Source: Neorhizobium sp. UBA7851 (lineage in GTDB: Bacteria > Pseudomonadota > Alphaproteobacteria > Rhizobiales > Rhizobiaceae). From it: a DNA stretch of 64,000 nt. Both the position numbers and the translations under genes were made by a program. Positions 11,200-22,180 of this stretch are shown here, piece after piece. How positions within the stretch are numbered: the stretch's first letter is position 1; each line of letters starts with the position of its first letter. The notes beneath the pieces were generated by a model that made no database searches, was not told the origin of the DNA, and saw only the letters and a list, made by a program, of their open reading frames with translations. The stretch is from assembly GCA_002500765.1 (NCBI GenBank), contig DLSX01000130.1, forward strand, positions 16,859 to 80,858, read 5' to 3'.

Positions 11200-11886
11200 T
11201 TGGATATTCACTTTGAAAAGGTCGAGGTTCGTTTCGAAGGCCGTACGGTCATCCATCCGCTCGACCTGAACTTGAGCGGACGGCGGATCGGCATTATCGG
11301 ACTGAACGGATCCGGCAAGACGACGCTCGCGCGGATGATCAACGGGCTGGTCAAGCCATCCTCCGGTCGGGTCATAGTCAACGGTTTCGATACGGTCGCG
11401 CAGGAAGACGAGGCCCGCGGGCAGAGCGGCTTCATCTTCCAGAACCCGCAAAACCAGATCATCCTGCCGCTGCTGCGCGAGGATATCGCGCTGGGTCTCA
11501 AATCGCGGAAACTCTCGAAGGACACAGTGGCGGCGGCAGTCGATGCCGTGCTGGATCGCTTCGGCATCCGTCATCTCGGCGACCGGCGCGCGCACGAGCT
11601 TTCCGGCGGCGAATTGCAGCTGGCGGCGCTGGCCTCAGTGCTGGTCACCGAGCCTAAAATCCTGGTGATGGACGAGCCGACCAACCAGCTCGACATCAAG
11701 AACCGAAACCTTGTGGAAAAGACCATCTGGACACTCCCGGAGGATGTCATCGTCATCAGCCACGATCTCGATCTCGTGGCCGGTCTGGACCGTGTTCTTC
11801 TGGTTCATGAAGGCAGGATCGCCGCCGATGGGGAACCCGCTGCGGTCATCGGCGAATATCGGGCGATGCACGGAGTATCAGCGTAA
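11200..11886 (+). CDS. bioM: ECF biotin transporter ATPase
   Basis: Motifs GLNGSGKT, FQNP, LSGGE and DEPT. Operon with T and S components. TTG start with GAGGA RBS. Confidence 0.85.
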   Translation: MDIHFEKVEVRFEGRTVIHPLDLNLSGRRIGIIGLNGSGKTTLARMINGLVKPSSGRVIVNGFDTVAQEDEARGQSGFIFQNPQNQIILPLLREDIALGLKSRKLSKDTVAAAVDAVLDRFGIRHLGDRRAHELSGGELQLAALASVLVTEPKILVMDEPTNQLDIKNRNLVEKTIWTLPEDVIVISHDLDLVAGLDRVLLVHEGRIAADGEPAAVIGEYRAMHGVSA

Positions 11887-12491
11887 TGCGCTCGCTGCAT
11901 ATCGATGGCGACAGCATGCTTCACCGCATGCCTGCGGGCTTGAAGCTCGCTTCGCTGTCGGTGATCAGCCTGGCTCTCTTCACGATCAATCATCCCGTCG
12001 TGCTCGCCATAGCGGCGTTTGTCGGCCTTGCCTGCCATGCCTTGCTGCGAATAAGTGCTGCAGAAATCTGGCGCCGGATGCGCCCTTTTGTGTTGATCGT
12101 TGTCGTCGTAGCCCTGTTCACCGGGGTTTTCAGCGGCGTCACCGAAGGTCTTGTCGCGCTTTTCCGGTTGGCTGCCCTGGCGCTGTTCGCCAGCCTCGTC
12201 ACCGCGACAACCACGACCGGAGATTTCATCGACGTAATCACCAAGGCGGCAATGCCGCTCGAGCGCCTTGGTTTGCTGAAGGCATCGGATGTCGGCCTTT
12301 CGATCGGCCTCGTCATCCGTTTTGTCCCGGAAATCCTCAGCCGCTACGAGGTGATCCGCGACGCGCATTACGCCCGCGGATTGAAACCCCGTCCGCTTTC
12401 CATCATCGTCCCCCTTATCATCACGACGCTTCGCAGCGCCGACGAGATTGCCGCGGCCATTGACGCCCGCGGCATCCGCAGTCAGAAGTGA
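11886..12491 (+). CDS. bioN: ECF transporter T component
   Basis: Hydrophobic CbiQ-like protein with two ARG motifs. Confidence 0.85.
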   Translation: MRSLHIDGDSMLHRMPAGLKLASLSVISLALFTINHPVVLAIAAFVGLACHALLRISAAEIWRRMRPFVLIVVVVALFTGVFSGVTEGLVALFRLAALALFASLVTATTTTGDFIDVITKAAMPLERLGLLKASDVGLSIGLVIRFVPEILSRYEVIRDAHYARGLKPRPLSIIVPLIITTLRSADEIAAAIDARGIRSQK

Positions 12492-12523
12492 CTAGAAGGC
12501 TCAGCATTAAGGATACAGACACA

Positions 12524-13087
12524 ATGGCTACCCGCGACCTCGTTCTTTCGGCGCTCTTTGCCGCCATCATTGTCGCCCTCGGTCTGGTTCCGCCGATCAT
12601 GCTGGGCTTCATTCCGGTTCCGATCACCGCCCAGTCTCTCGGCGTGATGCTGGCCGGTGTCGTGCTCGGCGCCAAGCGCGGTACGATTTCGGTCCTGCTG
12701 GTCCTCGTTCTCGCGGCCATCGGACTTCCGGTTCTGTCCGGCGGGCGCGGCGGTCTTGCCGTCTTCATGGCGCCGACCACCGGTTATCTGATCGGCTGGG
12801 TTCTGGCGGCGCTGACGACCGGCTATCTGTCGCAGCTTCTCGTCAGCCGCAGTCAGGCCGGCTTCGTGCAGACCGTCAACTTCTTCGTCGCCGCACTCTT
12901 CGGTGGCGTCATCGTTCTTTATGTCTGCGGTATCAGCTACCTGGCGCTAGTCACCGGTCTCGGCTTTTCCAAGGCATTCATGGGCTCGCTGGCCTTCATT
13001 CCGGGCGACGTGCTGAAGGCTCTTATCGCAGCCCTCGCCGGACGTGCCGTCATGGTCGGTTATCCGCTGCTGCCGCAGCGCGCTTAG
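12524..13087 (+). CDS. bioY: Biotin S component
   Basis: Motifs PVPITAQ, GLPVLSGGRGG, PTTGYLIG and FIPGD. Confidence 0.9.
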   Translation: MATRDLVLSALFAAIIVALGLVPPIMLGFIPVPITAQSLGVMLAGVVLGAKRGTISVLLVLVLAAIGLPVLSGGRGGLAVFMAPTTGYLIGWVLAALTTGYLSQLLVSRSQAGFVQTVNFFVAALFGGVIVLYVCGISYLALVTGLGFSKAFMGSLAFIPGDVLKALIAALAGRAVMVGYPLLPQRA

Positions 13088-13091
13088 AGCG

Positions 13092-13487
13092 TCAATCGAG
13101 AAACGAATAAAGCCAGTCGCGCAATTCCTCCGGAAGCGCGACTGACGCATGGGCTTGATCGATCGCGACCCAGACCACCTCGACTTCGGCGACCGCCTCA
13201 TCACCGCGCGTCATCCTGACGAGGAACCCTGCGGACTTGCCGCCGATCTTGCTGACGCCGACATGGGTGTGGACCACGTCGCCGATTTTGAGCGGCTCGT
13301 GGAATGTCGCCGAAACCTTGCCGGTAACGAAGGCCGGATCATCGGATTGAGCTTTCCGGCGTCGCCAGAAATCGGCGACCGCTTCCTCCGCGCGATCGAT
13401 ATAAGTCGAGCGGAACATCTGTCCGTTCATGTCGATATCGCGAAAAGTGACGCGAAAATCCGACGCTTTGATCTTATCCTTGACCAC
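13092..13487 (-). CDS. Hot-dog-fold acyl-CoA thioesterase (YbgC/4HBT-like)
   Basis: 131 aa with RVTFRDIDMNGQ motif. Confidence 0.75.
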   Translation of the reverse strand: MVKDKIKASDFRVTFRDIDMNGQMFRSTYIDRAEEAVADFWRRRKAQSDDPAFVTGKVSATFHEPLKIGDVVHTHVGVSKIGGKSAGFLVRMTRGDEAVAEVEVVWVAIDQAHASVALPEELRDWLYSFLD

Positions 13488-13642
13488 ACCCGCCTCTGAT
13501 TTCCAATTTACCTATCTGTTATTCTTTCCGCGCAAACCCGGATTGGGGCAAGTGCCGACGCTTGAAAAAATGCCATGGATGCGCCATGTCGTGAACGAGA
13601 TATTGACAGGCCGCCCGAGTGGCGGAACGCCGGGGTAGCCGA

Positions 13643-14575
13643 ATGACCACCCGACTCTACGAACACCAGATTTTTCTCGAACACCCCGTTCCCGAAGGAC
13701 ATCCCGAAAGGCCTGACCGGCTTCGTTCGCTGGCGATTGCGCTTCAGCATCCAAATTTTGCCGACCTGGCCCGCAAGGAGGCGCCCCAGGCGAATGAAGA
13801 TGCGGTTCTCCTGGCGCATCCGGAAGAGCATCTGCGCGCGGTGATGCGGGAAATTCCCGAAGAGGACACGATCCATCAGGTCGAGGCGGATACCTATGTC
13901 GGGCCCAAGAGCCTGCAGGCAGCACTCACCGGTATCGGCGGAGCGATGGCGGCCGTCGACGACGTGATGACCGGCAAGGTGGACAATGCCTTCGTTGCGG
14001 CCCGGCCTCCCGGCCACCACGCCGAAAAATCGAAAGCGATGGGGTTCTGCCTGTTCAACAATGCGGCGATTGCCGCACGCCACGTACAGCAGACCTATGG
14101 GGTCGAGCGGGTTGCTATCGTCGACTGGGACGTGCATCACGGCAACGGCACCCAGGACATTTTCTGGGACGATCCGTCGGTTCTGTTCTGCTCCACCCAC
14201 CAGATGCCGCTCTATCCCGGCACCGGGGCGAAAAACGAGACGGGTGCGAAGAACACGGTGGTCAACGCGCCGCTTTCCCCCAATGACGGCAGCGACCATT
14301 TCCGCGACGCATTCAAGGACCGGGTCTTGCCGAGGCTACATGACTTCCGGCCGGATTTCATCATCATCTCGGCAGGCTTCGATGCCCATCACCGCGATCC
14401 GCTGGCGCAGATCAACCTTGTCGGCGACGATTTCGACTGGGCAACCGGGCGGCTGATGGAAATTGCTGGGAAATACGCCAACAACCGGGTCGTCAGCCTG
14501 CTCGAGGGTGGTTATGATCTGGAAGGACTGGCAGAATCCGCCGGCATGCATATCGTGAGACTGATGAGAGGATGA
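13643..14575 (+). CDS. Histone deacetylase family (AcuC-like) amidohydrolase
   Basis: Motifs [39 protein letters not shown] and LEGGY. Confidence 0.92.
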   Translation: MTTRLYEHQIFLEHPVPEGHPERPDRLRSLAIALQHPNFADLARKEAPQANEDAVLLAHPEEHLRAVMREIPEEDTIHQVEADTYVGPKSLQAALTGIGGAMAAVDDVMTGKVDNAFVAARPPGHHAEKSKAMGFCLFNNAAIAARHVQQTYGVERVAIVDWDVHHGNGTQDIFWDDPSVLFCSTHQMPLYPGTGAKNETGAKNTVVNAPLSPNDGSDHFRDAFKDRVLPRLHDFRPDFIIISAGFDAHHRDPLAQINLVGDDFDWATGRLMEIAGKYANNRVVSLLEGGYDLEGLAESAGMHIVRLMRG

Positions 14576-14835
14576 AGGACATGACCGAAACCACCGATAC
14601 GATCGATGTCACCGGTTATTCCTTCGAAAAGGCAGTTGCCGAGCTTGAGAGCATCGTTGCACGGCTGGAACGCGGCGACGTGGCTCTGGACGAATCCATC
14701 GCCATTTACGAGCGCGGCGAAGCGCTGAAAAAGCATTGCGAAAAGCTGCTCAATGCGGCGGAGAACCGGATCGAAAAGATCCGCCTCGACCGCGCCGGCA
14801 AGATGCAGGGCGTGGAACCGCTCGACGGAGAATAA
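14572..14835 (+). CDS. xseB: Exodeoxyribonuclease VII small subunit
   Basis: [33 protein letters not shown]. The start could be 14581. Confidence 0.93.
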   Translation: MKDMTETTDTIDVTGYSFEKAVAELESIVARLERGDVALDESIAIYERGEALKKHCEKLLNAAENRIEKIRLDRAGKMQGVEPLDGE

Positions 14836-14922
14836 AACTCTTCTTTGGGCAGCGCCCGAAACGATCCTTCGGTTGCGGCGGGGCGTCACCTGCCGAAGCC
14901 AATGCGATGATGCAGGGTGTCC

Positions 14923-15735
14923 ATGAGCAAGAAGCCCAAGTTTCGAACCAAGCCGCCCTATCTGCGCAGCATTTCGATCAAAAGCACCTGGACGGACTTC
15001 AGTTCCTATCCCTTCTCGCTTCCGCTCTTCAAAGACGGAGATTTTTCTCTTCGGTTCGATCACCCGATCACGATTATCGTGGGAGAGAACGGCGTGGGCA
15101 AATCCACGCTGCTGGAAGGCATCGCCGTGCTTGCCGGGTTCGATGACGCTGGCGACGGCAATGGTTATCGTCCGGTCGATCACTCGATGGCGATGGAAAC
15201 ACCCGGTGGTATCCTGTCCAAATGCCTTGTCGGAGGCTGGTTGCCGAAAGTGTCCGCCGGCTGGTTCTTCAAGGCGGAGACATTCTTCTCGGTCGCCCGC
15301 TATCTCGATCAGGCCGCCAAGGAGAGCAACGAGATGGGGCCGGATTTTCTATCCTACTCGCATGGCGAAGGATTTCTGCGTTTCTTCCACGAGCGGTGCC
15401 GACGGCGCGGCATCTTTATCTTCGACGAGCCGGAAGCCGCGCTTTCCCCAAGGCGGCAGATCGAACTGATGCGGATCTTGCGCGAGGCGGAAAACGCCGG
15501 AGAAGCACAGTTCATCATCGCGACGCATTCACCGATGATCATGGCCTATCCTGGCGCGCGGCTGCTGCGGATGACGAAGAATGGGCTTGATGAGACCGAT
15601 TTCAGAGAGACCGACCACTTCTCGCTGATGAGGGAATTCGTTTCCGATCCCGAGACTTTCGTGACCGAGATGTTTCCTCCACCCGAAGATGATGAGCAGA
15701 TGGATCTGTATTCGGGTGGCGACCGCCCCTATTGA
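14923..15735 (+). CDS. Stand-alone ABC/SMC-like ATPase (COG3910-like)
   Basis: Walker A GENGVGKS, signature SHGE, Walker B FIFDEPE and H-loop IIATHS. No TM segments. Confidence 0.8.
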   Translation: MSKKPKFRTKPPYLRSISIKSTWTDFSSYPFSLPLFKDGDFSLRFDHPITIIVGENGVGKSTLLEGIAVLAGFDDAGDGNGYRPVDHSMAMETPGGILSKCLVGGWLPKVSAGWFFKAETFFSVARYLDQAAKESNEMGPDFLSYSHGEGFLRFFHERCRRRGIFIFDEPEAALSPRRQIELMRILREAENAGEAQFIIATHSPMIMAYPGARLLRMTKNGLDETDFRETDHFSLMREFVSDPETFVTEMFPPPEDDEQMDLYSGGDRPY

Positions 15736-15804
15736 GACCCGTATAACAGTTGTCCGCCCCGCTGCGACCACACTAGAATAGGCATCCAAGACGGAGACAA
15801 CTCG

Positions 15805-16740
15805 ATGTCGTTTTTCCCCGGAACCGATCCCGCCGCAGGCGACGCCTTTGCCTGTGATGCAATCGAGAACCTGATCATTCCGCGCTCTTCCGATATCGGC
15901 GGCTTTTCCGTGCGCCGGGCGCTGCCCAGCCGGCAGCGGCGATTAGTCGGGCCATTCATCTTTTTCGATCGCATGGGGCCGGCAATCCTGAAGCCTGACG
16001 AGGCGCTGGATGTGAAGCCGCATCCGCATATCGGGCTTTCCACGGTCACCTATCTGTTCGATGGCGAAATCAAACATCGCGACAGTCTGGGTACCGAACT
16101 CGTCATTCGCCCCGGCGATATCAACCTGATGACCGCCGGGCGCGGCATCGTGCATTCTGAGCGGACGCCGGAAAACCTGCGCGGCCATCCCTTGTCGATG
16201 TCCGGGCTGCAAACCTGGCTGGCGCTGCCGGACGAAAAGGAAGAGATGGATCCCGCCTTTGCCCATACCGGTAAAGAGGTCATGCCGGTGATCGATTGGG
16301 ACGGCGCAAGAGGCCGGGTGGTCATTGGAGCCTTCGAAGGCCTTGGCTCTCCGGTCGCGACTTTCACCGACACGCTCTATGTCGACCTGCAACTCGAGCC
16401 GGGCAAACGTTTTCCCTTTTCGGCGGGGCATGAGGAACGGGCGCTCTATATTCTTTCCGGCGAACTGGAAATCGCAGGCGACCGATTCGCACCGGATCAG
16501 TTGCTGGTTTTCCGCGCCGGCGACGAGATCACCCTTCAGGCCGGACTTCTCGGCTGTCACGTCATGCTGTTCGGCGGCGCGGTGCTGAATTCGAAGCGTT
16601 ATATCTGGTGGAACTTCGTTTCGTCCTCCAAGGAACGCATTGAAAAAGCCAAGGAAGAGTGGCGCACGGGCCGTTTCGACATCGTTCCGGGCGACGAAGA
16701 GGAGTTCGTTCCTTTGCCCTCCCCCTTGCCCGCAAGCTAA
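15805..16740 (+). CDS. Pirin family protein
   Basis: Motifs HPHIGLSTVTYLFDG, MTAGRGIVHSE and WWNFVSS. Confidence 0.92.
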   Translation: MSFFPGTDPAAGDAFACDAIENLIIPRSSDIGGFSVRRALPSRQRRLVGPFIFFDRMGPAILKPDEALDVKPHPHIGLSTVTYLFDGEIKHRDSLGTELVIRPGDINLMTAGRGIVHSERTPENLRGHPLSMSGLQTWLALPDEKEEMDPAFAHTGKEVMPVIDWDGARGRVVIGAFEGLGSPVATFTDTLYVDLQLEPGKRFPFSAGHEERALYILSGELEIAGDRFAPDQLLVFRAGDEITLQAGLLGCHVMLFGGAVLNSKRYIWWNFVSSSKERIEKAKEEWRTGRFDIVPGDEEEFVPLPSPLPAS

Positions 16741-16846
16741 AATCGATTAGAAACCATTCCTTGTAAAACTTGAAAAAGTCCGTTTTCTGCTCATCTTTCG
16801 AGACATAGCGCCTTTAAAAGAAAACAAGAAGAGAAAGCCAGCCTCC

Positions 16847-18766
16847 GTGACTTCCCTGCCCGTGACGCCGCTGCTCGACACCGTCAAGCTTCCCGCCGAT
16901 CTTAGAAAAGTCGATGATCGCGACCTGCCAAAGCTTGCCCGTGAAGTGCGCGACGAGATGATCGACGCGGTATCGAAGACGGGCGGCCATCTGGGTGCCG
17001 GCCTCGGCGTTGTCGAGCTGACGATCGCCATCCACAAGGTTTTCAATACACCCGACGACCGGCTGATCTTCGATGTCGGTCATCAGTGTTATCCGCACAA
17101 GATCCTGACCGGCCGCCGTGATCGCATCCGCACATTGCGGCAGGAGGATGGTCTTTCCGGCTTCACCCGCCGGGCGGAGAGCGAATACGACCCGTTTGGT
17201 GCCGCGCACTCGTCTACCTCGATTTCGGCCGGTCTCGGCATGGCCGTGGGCGCGGAACTTGCCGGCAAGAAGCGCAACGTCATCTCGGTCATCGGCGACG
17301 GCTCGATGTCGGCCGGCATGGCTTTCGAGGCGCTCAATAATGCCGGTGCGCTCGACGCACGGCTGATCGTTATCCTCAACGACAACGACATGTCGATTGC
17401 GCCGCCGACTGGCGCGATGAGCGCCTATCTGGCGCGTCTCGCATCAGGCCGCGCCTATATGGGCGTGCGCGAAATGGGCAAGAAGCTGACCGGCTATCTT
17501 GGCCGCTCCGTCGACCGGGCAATCACCCGCGCCGTCGAACATGCCCGCGGCTACGTGACCGGCGGCACGATGTTCGAGGAACTCGGCTTCTACCACATCG
17601 GCCCGATCGACGGCCATTCCTTCGATCATCTCCTGCCCGTGTTGCGCAATGTGCGCGACAATGCGCATGGCCCGGTGCTGATCCATGTCGTGACCCAGAA
17701 GGGCAAGGGTTATCCGCCGGCGGAAGCTGCAGCCGACAAATATCATGGCGTCAACAAGTTCGACGTCATCACCGGCGCGCAGGCCAAAGCGAAACCGAAT
17801 GCGCCGTCCTATACGAGCGTCTTCGGTGACGCGCTGGTGCAGGAAGCGGGCTTTGACGACAAGATCGTTAGCATCACCGCCGCCATGCCGGATGGTACCG
17901 GTCTCGGCAAGATGCTTAAAGCTTATCCGTCCCGCACCTTCGATGTCGGCATTGCCGAACAGCATGCGGTGACGTTTGCGGCAGGTCTTGCAACCGAAGG
18001 CTTCAAGCCATTCTGCGCCATCTATTCCACCTTCCTGCAGCGCGGTTACGACCAGGTCGTGCATGACGTGGCGATCCAGGGGCTTCCCGTGCGTTTCCCG
18101 ATCGACCGCGCCGGTTTCGTCGGTGCCGACGGCCCGACCCATGCGGGGTCGTTCGACACGACATTCCTCGCAACGCTGCCGAACATGGTGGTGATGGCTG
18201 CCGCCGACGAGGCGGAGCTGAAACACATGGTGCGCACCGCCGTGGCTTACGACGACGGCCCGATCTCGTTCCGGTATCCGCGCGGCGAGGGCGTCGGCGT
18301 CGAATTGCCTGAACGCGGCGAGATTTTGCAGATCGGCAAGGGCCGTATCGTCAAGGAAGGCTCCAAGGTGGCGCTGCTCTCCTTCGGCACGCGCCTGAAG
18401 GACTGTCTGCTGGCTGCGGAAGATCTGGAAGCTGCCGGCCTTTCTACGACGGTTGCGGATGCCCGTTTCGCTAAGCCGCTCGACCATGACCTGATCCGCC
18501 AGCTGGCCCGCCACCACGAGGTGCTGATCACCATCGAGGAAGGTGCCATCGGCGGTTTCGGCAGCCATGTGCTGCAGTTCCTCGCCACCGAAGGCTTGAT
18601 CGACCACGGATTGAAGGTGCGTTCAATGGTTCTGCCGGATATTTGGATGGAACAGGCGAGCCCGGATGTCATGTATGCCAAGGCAGGCCTCGACCGCGCC
18701 GGCATCGTCAAGACGGTGTTCGGCGCGCTCGGCAAGACGATGATCGGCGTGGGGGCTGCGGGTTAG
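16847..18766 (+). CDS. dxs: 1-deoxy-D-xylulose-5-phosphate synthase
   Basis: Motifs [23 protein letters not shown]...NDN and [10 protein letters not shown]. Confidence 0.97.
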   Translation: MTSLPVTPLLDTVKLPADLRKVDDRDLPKLAREVRDEMIDAVSKTGGHLGAGLGVVELTIAIHKVFNTPDDRLIFDVGHQCYPHKILTGRRDRIRTLRQEDGLSGFTRRAESEYDPFGAAHSSTSISAGLGMAVGAELAGKKRNVISVIGDGSMSAGMAFEALNNAGALDARLIVILNDNDMSIAPPTGAMSAYLARLASGRAYMGVREMGKKLTGYLGRSVDRAITRAVEHARGYVTGGTMFEELGFYHIGPIDGHSFDHLLPVLRNVRDNAHGPVLIHVVTQKGKGYPPAEAAADKYHGVNKFDVITGAQAKAKPNAPSYTSVFGDALVQEAGFDDKIVSITAAMPDGTGLGKMLKAYPSRTFDVGIAEQHAVTFAAGLATEGFKPFCAIYSTFLQRGYDQVVHDVAIQGLPVRFPIDRAGFVGADGPTHAGSFDTTFLATLPNMVVMAAADEAELKHMVRTAVAYDDGPISFRYPRGEGVGVELPERGEILQIGKGRIVKEGSKVALLSFGTRLKDCLLAAEDLEAAGLSTTVADARFAKPLDHDLIRQLARHHEVLITIEEGAIGGFGSHVLQFLATEGLIDHGLKVRSMVLPDIWMEQASPDVMYAKAGLDRAGIVKTVFGALGKTMIGVGAAG

Positions 18767-18776
18767 AGCAACTCCT

Positions 18777-19364
18777 TCAATTACGCTGGCCTTGCACCAT
18801 CATGTCGAATTGCACGATATTGGAGTAAATCGGCGTACCGACATCCATGGCGTAATGCGACCGCAGTATTTTTCCGCTGACGGTAAAGCCGATCATCCTG
18901 CCATTCCATGACGTCAGCTTCACGTCGAAGCTTTCAGATGCGCTATGCCCCTTGGCGGTCAGAGTGCCGCTGATGCGGGCACTGTCGGGACCGGTCTGCT
19001 CGACCCGATCTGAGCGGAACGTGATCGTGTCATAATGATCGGAATCGAAAACGGCACTGGAACGCAGGAACGCATCGACGCGCGCCTGACCGGTGCTGAC
19101 GCTTTGCGGCTTCAGGTCGAAACTCACCATCGCATGGGCCAGATCACCGGCCTTGAGATTGAAACTGCCGGAAAATTTGCCAAAACCTCCCTTGATACCG
19201 CCGCCGCCGACCTGATCGACGTGAAAGCGGATATCGGAGGCGCTGGTGATCGTGTAGCGCCCCGCGGCCTCCGTCAGGCTCGGGACATTTGCCGCCGCTA
19301 CGACGAATGGCGGAAACGATGCGCAGAAAACGAATGCGGCCAGGATTGCGGCTCCTCGGATCAT
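18777..19364 (-). CDS. Periplasmic YceI family lipid/polyisoprenoid-binding protein
   Basis: Signal peptide, ARVDAFLRS...FD and GTLTAKG. Coupled to the cytochrome b gene. Confidence 0.8.
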   Translation of the reverse strand: MIRGAAILAAFVFCASFPPFVVAAANVPSLTEAAGRYTITSASDIRFHVDQVGGGGIKGGFGKFSGSFNLKAGDLAHAMVSFDLKPQSVSTGQARVDAFLRSSAVFDSDHYDTITFRSDRVEQTGPDSARISGTLTAKGHSASESFDVKLTSWNGRMIGFTVSGKILRSHYAMDVGTPIYSNIVQFDMMVQGQRN

Positions 19365-19963
19365 GACACGTCACCTCCCTGACGGACCCTTGTTGCATCG
19401 ATAGCGCGAGCGCCGAGCATGCGGATCAATACGGCGTCGCGCCTCCGGTAATGATGATAGAGCGCCGCGCTCGAATGGAGCGCCACAAGCGCAAGGGTGA
19501 GATAGGCAAGCACCGCATGCGCCGTCGTCCACCAGGCTTCTGCGGCATCGGATTTAGGGACCGGCAGATGCGGAACGACAAAGAGATCAAAAGCGAATGT
19601 CGGTATTTCCAGCGTCGAGACGGAAGCGATCATCCAGCCGGCAAACGGCACCATCAATGCCAGAAGTTGTAGCAGGTGATGCATTGCCCGCGCCGCCAGA
19701 TGTTCCGGAAAGCTCATGCCCGTGATTGGTGTTACCCGGACGCGCAGGAGCGAATGGACAAAGCGTATCAGCGACACCAGCAGAGCCAGCATGCCGAATG
19801 ACTTGTGCCACTGAAACAGCGAAAACTGCAGGGCCGGATCGATGGAACTGCGCGTCATGACGAAGCCCAGTGCAATCAATCCGAGGATCAGCAGGGCGAC
19901 CAGCCAATGAAGCGTGATCGTCAGACAATCATATGAAGCAGGATCATCAGCATAACGGCGCAT
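19361..19963 (-). CDS. Cytochrome b561 (YceJ-like)
   Basis: Heme-ligand motifs LHWL, WHKSFG, AH and LHSSAALYHH. Confidence 0.85.
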   Translation of the reverse strand: MRRYADDPASYDCLTITLHWLVALLILGLIALGFVMTRSSIDPALQFSLFQWHKSFGMLALLVSLIRFVHSLLRVRVTPITGMSFPEHLAARAMHHLLQLLALMVPFAGWMIASVSTLEIPTFAFDLFVVPHLPVPKSDAAEAWWTTAHAVLAYLTLALVALHSSAALYHHYRRRDAVLIRMLGARAIDATRVRQGGDVS

Positions 19964-20183
19964 GGTGTAATTCCGAAAGCCCGCCCCGACAGCTTGCACC
20001 CGATTCAAGGCCGCTTCAACTCACAACCTCTCACACCGCCTCAAAACCTGCGGAATGGTTGCAGATGTTCAGGCTGGATTTGTGTTGCCAAGCTGACGGC
20101 GGAGGGATGAATTCCGTAGCCTGCAAGCCCGCGAGCTGCCCATTACTCTTGCCTTGCGGCACGGAAACCGCCAAGAGAGCCGC

Positions 20184-20939
20184 ATGAACCAACTTTCCTC
20201 ATCCGTCCGCCTCGACCAGCTGCTGGTCACGCTTAATCTTTTCGACAGCCGCTCGCGGGCGCGCGACGCGATTGCGCGCGGCACGGTGAAGGTCGACGGC
20301 AAGGTGGTGACCAAGCCTGCACAAACCGTCTCGGCAGACGCGAAGATCGCCGTCGATGATCCGGCGAGCACCTATGTCTCGCGCGCAGCGCTGAAACTGA
20401 TTGCGGCGCTCGATCACTTCGGCCTCGATCCCGAAGGCCTGACCTGCCTTGATGTCGGCGCTTCGACCGGGGGCTTTACCCAAGTTCTGCTGGAGCGTGG
20501 AGCAGAGCATGTGATCGCCGTCGATGTCGGCCATGACCAGATGCATGAGCGGTTGAGGGACGATGAACGGGTCACCAATATCGAGGGGCTCAACGCCCGC
20601 GAGATGACCACCGAAGACATCGACGACGAGCCGGTCGACTTCATCGTTTCCGACGTCTCGTTCATCTCGCTGAAGCTTGCGCTTCCCCCGGCGCTGGAAC
20701 TGGCGGAACCGGGCAGTGCCTGTGTGCTGCTGGTGAAGCCGCAATTCGAGGCGGGCCGCGAGAATGTCGGCAAGGGCGGCTTGCTGAAACAGCCCGATAC
20801 GGCGCCGGATGTGGCAGCCGAGCTGGAGCGCTGGCTGAAGGAAGACATGGGCTGGGAAAGCCTCGGCCTGATCCCCTCGCCGATTGCCGGCGGAGACGGG
20901 AATATCGAATTCCTGCTTGGCGGAAGGAAGCCCTCATGA
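20184..20939 (+). CDS. tlyA: TlyA family rRNA methyltransferase
   Basis: S4 domain RLDQLL, plus YVSRAALKL, LDVGASTGGFT and KPQFE. Confidence 0.92.
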   Translation: MNQLSSSVRLDQLLVTLNLFDSRSRARDAIARGTVKVDGKVVTKPAQTVSADAKIAVDDPASTYVSRAALKLIAALDHFGLDPEGLTCLDVGASTGGFTQVLLERGAEHVIAVDVGHDQMHERLRDDERVTNIEGLNAREMTTEDIDDEPVDFIVSDVSFISLKLALPPALELAEPGSACVLLVKPQFEAGRENVGKGGLLKQPDTAPDVAAELERWLKEDMGWESLGLIPSPIAGGDGNIEFLLGGRKPS

Positions 20940-22180
20940 GCACGCTCACCGTCACCATCGAGCGGCTCGGCGCACAGGGCCACGGGGTTGCCGAAAGCGA
21001 ATACGGGCCGGTCTATGTGCCTTACGCGCTGCCCGGAGAAACGCTGGCGATCGCCCGCAATGGCGATTACGGCACCGTCATGTCGACCTCCGATCCGTCG
21101 CCAGACCGGATCGAGCCGATCTGTCGGCATTTCAATCCCGACCGGGACAATTGCGGCGGCTGTTCGCTGCAGCATCTGGCGGCACCGGCTTACAACGCCT
21201 TCAAGCGCGAGCTTGTCATCGATGCTCTGAAGGCGCGCGGGCTAACGCCGGACGTCGGCGAAACGATCGCCTGCCATCCCGGCGAACGGCGCCGTGCGGT
21301 GTTTTCGGTTCGCAAGACCGAAAAAGAACTGCTGCTCGGCTTCAACCGGGCGGAAACCAACCATATCGTGTCTATCGAGGAATGTCCCATCGCCTCGCCC
21401 GGCATCGTGGCGAGGCTTCCCGCGATCCGCACCGTGGCAGCATCGCTTGCACAGGGTTCGGAAACCTTCCGTCTCACCGTTTTGGAAACACTGTCCGGAC
21501 TCGATCTGGCTGCCGAGGGCTTAAAGAAGCTCGACGACAAGCAGCGCCGTGCGGTGACCGAAGCGGTCCTTTCGCTGAAGGGTATCGCGCGGGTTTCCGT
21601 CAATGACGAGATCGTTCTCGAGCCGACGAAGCCGATCATCGAGTTCGGTGGCGTCAACGTCTCGCCGCCGCCCGGTGCCTTCACCCAGGCGACCAAGCCT
21701 GCGGAAGAGGCGATGGCGGAACTGGTGATGGGTCACCTCGGCAAGGCCAAGCGGGTGATCGACCTGTTTGCCGGTTCCGGCACGTTTACGCTCAGGATCG
21801 CCCGCAAGGCGAAAGTGCATGCCGTCGAGGGCGAGGAAAAGCCGCTCAAGGCGCTGGATCTTGCCGCGCGCAATACGCAAGGGCTGAAGCCGGTCACCGT
21901 TGAGAAGCGCGACCTCTTCCGTCGCCCGATGACGGCGCAGGAGCTGAAGGTCTATGACGCGGCTGTTTTCGACCCGCCGCGCGCCGGTGCCGAAGTTCAG
22001 GTGAAGGAGCTTGTCCGCTCCGGGATCAAGACGGTCGTGGCCGTTTCCTGCAACCCGGCGACGCTTGCGCGAGACCTCAAGATTCTCGTCGATGCCGGCT
22101 ATCGCATCAAGTCGGTGACGCCGATCGACCAGTTCCTGTGGTCGCCGCATGTGGAGGCCGTGGCGCTGCTTTCGCGCTAA
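20936..22180 (+). CDS. TrmA/RlmD family RNA m5U methyltransferase
   Basis: Fe-S motif C..CGGCSLQH, plus DLFAGSG, DPPRAG, VSCNPATLARD and DQFLWSPHVE. Confidence 0.88.
   Translation: MSTLTVTIERLGAQGHGVAESEYGPVYVPYALPGETLAIARNGDYGTVMSTSDPSPDRIEPICRHFNPDRDNCGGCSLQHLAAPAYNAFKRELVIDALKARGLTPDVGETIACHPGERRRAVFSVRKTEKELLLGFNRAETNHIVSIEECPIASPGIVARLPAIRTVAASLAQGSETFRLTVLETLSGLDLAAEGLKKLDDKQRRAVTEAVLSLKGIARVSVNDEIVLEPTKPIIEFGGVNVSPPPGAFTQATKPAEEAMAELVMGHLGKAKRVIDLFAGSGTFTLRIARKAKVHAVEGEEKPLKALDLAARNTQGLKPVTVEKRDLFRRPMTAQELKVYDAAVFDPPRAGAEVQVKELVRSGIKTVVAVSCNPATLARDLKILVDAGYRIKSVTPIDQFLWSPHVEAVALLSR

Noticed and set aside
13561..13589. RpoH-like promoter CTTGAA-N17-CCATGT, with a similar motif near 16770
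   Set aside because: Plausible, but too degenerate to call without TSS data.
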